NCBI GenBank assembly: GCA_016193175.1
Contig: JACPSR010000142.1
Coordinates: 1 to 52,331 of the forward strand
From: Candidatus Omnitrophota bacterium
GTDB taxonomy: Bacteria; Omnitrophota; Gorgyraeia; Aquiviventales; Aquiviventaceae
Length of the DNA stretch: 52,331 nucleotides
Direction of reading: 5' to 3'
Positions within the stretch are counted from its first letter, which is position 1. Each line of letters opens with the position of its first letter. Both the position numbers and the translations under genes were made by a program. A model generated the notes under the pieces. That model made no database searches and was not told where the DNA came from. It saw only the letters and a program-made list of their open reading frames with translations. This document shows, piece after piece, positions 48,933 to 52,331 of this stretch.

Positions 48933-50125
48933 CTGGCGGGCGAGGCGTGCGGTTGCGTCCGCTCACCGACACGGTGCCGAAGTCGATGATCGAGTTCCAT
49001 GGAAAGCCGTTCCTGGCCTATCTCTTGGAGCTGCTCAAGGAGCAAGGCTTCGAGCGGGTCCTGCTGTTGCTGGGCTACCTGCCGGAGGCCATTCAGGCCT
49101 ATGTGGGCGATGGGTGGAGGTGGGGCCTGTCGGTCGAGTATGCGGTGTCCTCGGTGGAGGATGACACCGGACGCCGCCTGAAGCAGGCGGCCGGACGGAT
49201 CGACCCGGTCTTCTTCTTGCTCTACTGCGACAACTACTGGCCCATGGACATGGCGCGAATGTGGCGGCAGTACACGAGCTCCGGGGCGGCGGCCCTCCTG
49301 ACGATCTATCGCAATGCGGATGGCTACAGCCGGGACAACGTGCGCGTGGACGCGGAGGGCTTCGTCGCGGCCTACGACAAGCACCGCGCCACAGCAGGCC
49401 TGTCCGGCGTGGAGATCGGCTTTGCCATCCTGCGCCGCGAGGCGCTGGAGCGGCTGCCGGAGGAGAACGTGTCGTTTGAGCGCGTCGTCTATCCTGAGCT
49501 GGCCGCGGAGCGTCGGCTGGCCGCGTTTGTCACCGACCACCGCTATTACAGCGTCAGCACCCCGGGGCGTCTGCCGCTGACTGAGCAGTTCTTGGCGCGT
49601 CGTCCCGCCGTGATCCTGGACCGCGACGGCGTGCTGAATCGACGGCCTCCGCGCGCCCAGTATGTCCGTCACTGGGAAGAGTGGGAGTGGCTCCCTGGAG
49701 CGAAAGAGGCGCTACGGCTTCTGAAGGAGGCCGGCTACCGCGTGATTGTCGTGTCCAATCAAGCGGGGATTGCCCGCGGGCTGATGACTGTGGGAGAGGT
49801 GGAACGGATCCACGAGAACATGAAAGCCGATCTCCGGCAGGCCGGGGGTGAGATCGACGCCGTGTACTACTGCCCGCATGGGTGGGACTCTCCGTGTGAA
49901 TGTCGCAAGCCGAAGCCTGGCATGCTCTTCCAGGCGCAGCGGGATTTTCACCTCGATTTGAGCCGCACACCCTTCATTGGAGATGACGACCGGGATGGGC
50001 AGGCGGCTGAGGCGGCAGGTTGTCCATGGATCCAGGTGACTGACCAGCGCAGCCTGCTCAATGTCGTCCGAGAACTCCTCAGTGGCCGGCGCGAGAGGCT
50101 CCGTCAGGAGCTCGCGCATGCCTAA
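48902..50125 (+). CDS. Fusion of nucleotidyltransferase (HddC-like) and HAD-IIIA heptose-bisphosphate phosphatase (GmhB-like)
   Basis: LAGGRGVRL..PK; then LDRDGVLN, SNQAG, CPH...CECRKPKPGM, GD. Confidence 0.88.
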   Translation: MQRPTQAVILAGGRGVRLRPLTDTVPKSMIEFHGKPFLAYLLELLKEQGFERVLLLLGYLPEAIQAYVGDGWRWGLSVEYAVSSVEDDTGRRLKQAAGRIDPVFFLLYCDNYWPMDMARMWRQYTSSGAAALLTIYRNADGYSRDNVRVDAEGFVAAYDKHRATAGLSGVEIGFAILRREALERLPEENVSFERVVYPELAAERRLAAFVTDHRYYSVSTPGRLPLTEQFLARRPAVILDRDGVLNRRPPRAQYVRHWEEWEWLPGAKEALRLLKEAGYRVIVVSNQAGIARGLMTVGEVERIHENMKADLRQAGGEIDAVYYCPHGWDSPCECRKPKPGMLFQAQRDFHLDLSRTPFIGDDDRDGQAAEAAGCPWIQVTDQRSLLNVVRELLSGRRERLRQELAHA

Positions 50126-50981
50126 GCCGGCCATGAAAGTCGTCATTCTCTGCGGGGGGCTGGGAACGCGCTTGCGGGAGGAGACCGAGTATCGGCCGAA
50201 ACCCATGGTGCCCATCGGGGGCCGGCCGATCCTCTGGCACATCATGAACCGCTATGCGGCCTACGGCTTTCACGAGTTCATCTTGTGCCTTGGCTACAAG
50301 GGCGAGATGATTAAAGATTACTTCCTGCGCTATCGAACGCACACAAGCGATTTCACGCTCAAGCTGGGATTGGACGGGGAAGCGGCCGTCGAGTACCACA
50401 GCCCCTCCCGCGAGCGGGAGTGGTCCGTTACCTTCGTCGACACCGGTGAGCGGGCGATGACCGGGGCCCGGATCAAGCGGATTGAACGCTTCATCGATGG
50501 AGAAACCTTCCTGCTGACGTACGGCGACGGCCTGGCGGACATCAATCTCTCGGCCCTGCTGGCGTTTCACCGTCGCCACGGCCGGATCGCCACTGTCACG
50601 GGCGTTCATCCGGGGTCCAGCCGGTTTGGCGAGCTCGCGCTGGACGGGGACCGGATTGTCCAATTCGTGGAAAAGCCCGAGGCGCACGATGGGTACATCA
50701 GCGGAGGGTTTTTCGTCTTCCAGCGGGAGTTCTTCCGGTATGTGAGCGAGGATGACGACTGCGTGTTGGAGCGGAAGCCGCTGCAGCAGCTGACGAAGGA
50801 CGGCCAGCTCATGGCCTACCGCCACCACGGCTACTGGCAGTGCATGGATACCTATCGTGATTACCAGCAATTGAATGAGGTGTGGGAGCGCGGCCAGGCG
50901 CCGTGGACGGTGGTGGTGGCACCGCCGGCGACGCGCAGGAAACGTTCCCGGTCGTTCGCACAGACATCTCGCGCCGCATGA
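50118..50981 (+). CDS. rfbF: Glucose-1-phosphate cytidylyltransferase
   Basis: LCGGLGTRLREETE.RPKPM, VDTG, TYGDG, F.EKP, WQCMDT. Confidence 0.92.
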   Translation: MPKPAMKVVILCGGLGTRLREETEYRPKPMVPIGGRPILWHIMNRYAAYGFHEFILCLGYKGEMIKDYFLRYRTHTSDFTLKLGLDGEAAVEYHSPSREREWSVTFVDTGERAMTGARIKRIERFIDGETFLLTYGDGLADINLSALLAFHRRHGRIATVTGVHPGSSRFGELALDGDRIVQFVEKPEAHDGYISGGFFVFQREFFRYVSEDDDCVLERKPLQQLTKDGQLMAYRHHGYWQCMDTYRDYQQLNEVWERGQAPWTVVVAPPATRRKRSRSFAQTSRAA

Positions 50982-52324
50982 GCCACGACAAGATGGCACG
51001 ACTGAGGGACGAGATTTCGACGAGGGTCCGCGAGTATTACGAGCTGGCGCACGCCCCCAAGCGGTTCGTGCCGTTTGAGAGCAAGGTGCCCTACGCGGGC
51101 CGTCATTTTGGTCCCGAAGAGATGCAAAGCCTGATGGGCGCAACGCTCGACTTCTGGCTGACGCTGGGACCCTACGGCCATCGGTTTGAGCGCGCGCTGA
51201 AGGCCTGCTTCGACGCCCGCGATGCCATCTTCGTGAACTCGGGCTCATCCGCGAACCTTTTGGCGATTGCCACGCTCTGCTGCCCGACCCTGGAAGGGCA
51301 TCTGCGGCCGGGCGATGAGGTGATCACGCCGGCGGTGACGTTCCCAACAACCGTAGCCCCGCTGGTGCAGCATCAACTCGTCCCGGTCTTCGTGGATTGC
51401 GAGCTGGGGACGTACAACCTGGATCCGGAATTGGTCGCGCAGGCCATCTCGCCTAGGACGCGCGCCATCGTGGTGCCGCACACCCTCGGCAACCCCTGCG
51501 ATCTCGACGCGCTGACGCAGCTGGCCCAACAGCACGGGCTGTGGTTGATGGAGGACTGCTGCGATGCGCTCGGCTCGACCTTCGCGGGCAAGCGCGTGGG
51601 CACGTTCGGGGATCTGGCCACCCTCAGTTTCTATCCGGCCCACCACATCACCACCGGCGAGGGCGGCGGGCTCATCGTCAACCGGCAGCGGTTCATGAAG
51701 ATCGCCCGCTCGATCCGCGACTGGGGGCGGGATTGCTGGTGCGAGCCGGGGGTGAGCAACACGTGCGGCCAGCGCTTCGGCTGGCAGCTCGGCGATCTCC
51801 CCCTCGGCTATGACCACAAGTACATCTATTCGCGGATCGGCTACAACCTCAAACCGACCGACCTGCAGGCGGCGATTGGGTGCGCCCAGCTCGCCAAGCT
51901 CGATGCGTTCATCGCTGCACGGCGGCGGAACTTCCAGCGCCTTCGCGAGGGGCTGGCGCCGTGTGAAGAGTTCCTGATCTTTCCGCAGGCGCATCCCAAG
52001 GCCGAGCCGTCCTGGTTCGGATTCCCGCTGACCGTCCGCGCCGGCGTGCGCCGCGCGGAGCTCGTGCGCTGGCTTGAGGAGGCGAAGATCGAGACGCGGA
52101 TGATCTTCGCCGGCAACCTGCTCAGGCAGCCCGCGTTCCAGGAGATCGCGCACCGGGTCGCAGGATCGCTGGCACAGACGGATCGGGTGATGCAGGACAC
52201 GTTCTTCATCGGGGTGTATCCGGGGCTGACCGACGAGATGATCGATTTCATCGTGGAGCGCTTCAGGCAGTTTTTTCAGCGGGCGGCGAGGTCACGGCCG
52301 CAGACCGCGGCTGTCGGCTTCTAA
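50978..52324 (+). CDS. rfbH: CDP-4-keto-6-deoxyglucose 3-dehydrase (E1/DdhC)
   Basis: NSGSSANL, EDCCDALG, SFYPAHHITTGEGG, RDWGRDCWC...C, YDHKY. Confidence 0.92.
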   Translation: MSHDKMARLRDEISTRVREYYELAHAPKRFVPFESKVPYAGRHFGPEEMQSLMGATLDFWLTLGPYGHRFERALKACFDARDAIFVNSGSSANLLAIATLCCPTLEGHLRPGDEVITPAVTFPTTVAPLVQHQLVPVFVDCELGTYNLDPELVAQAISPRTRAIVVPHTLGNPCDLDALTQLAQQHGLWLMEDCCDALGSTFAGKRVGTFGDLATLSFYPAHHITTGEGGGLIVNRQRFMKIARSIRDWGRDCWCEPGVSNTCGQRFGWQLGDLPLGYDHKYIYSRIGYNLKPTDLQAAIGCAQLAKLDAFIAARRRNFQRLREGLAPCEEFLIFPQAHPKAEPSWFGFPLTVRAGVRRAELVRWLEEAKIETRMIFAGNLLRQPAFQEIAHRVAGSLAQTDRVMQDTFFIGVYPGLTDEMIDFIVERFRQFFQRAARSRPQTAAVGF

Positions 52325-52331
52325 CAATGCC

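Overview
GC-rich bacterial window that is almost entirely one surface-glycan (LPS O-antigen/capsule/S-layer) biosynthesis region. Bases 1-9024 hold a DegT aminotransferase tail, lhgO, a LexA DNA-binding-domain-only gene, a UDP-glucuronate decarboxylase, a GT-C-like membrane protein, a GT2, a B12 radical SAM, an SDR and a methyltransferase. Bases 9025-12165 are a scarred junction: a 3' half of tRNA-Thr(CGT), a cargo B12 radical SAM gene, a dead tyrosine-integrase C-terminus and two duplicated gene fragments. From 12192 to the end runs a ~40 kb + strand operon led by a winged-helix regulator with two palindromic operators. It encodes GDP-heptose, 3,6-dideoxy-, C-methyl-, N-formyl- and probably branched-chain sugar enzymes, plus an MsbA/PglK-like exporter. 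The most unusual non-coding signal is a family of ~130-145 bp hairpin-rich elements with 17-bp terminal inverted repeats. They sit exactly in RTGA stop/start overlaps, recreate the ATGA, keep an open reading path to the next gene, and would bury that gene's RBS-like sequence in a stem. All calls come from motif recognition by eye; no database searches were run.
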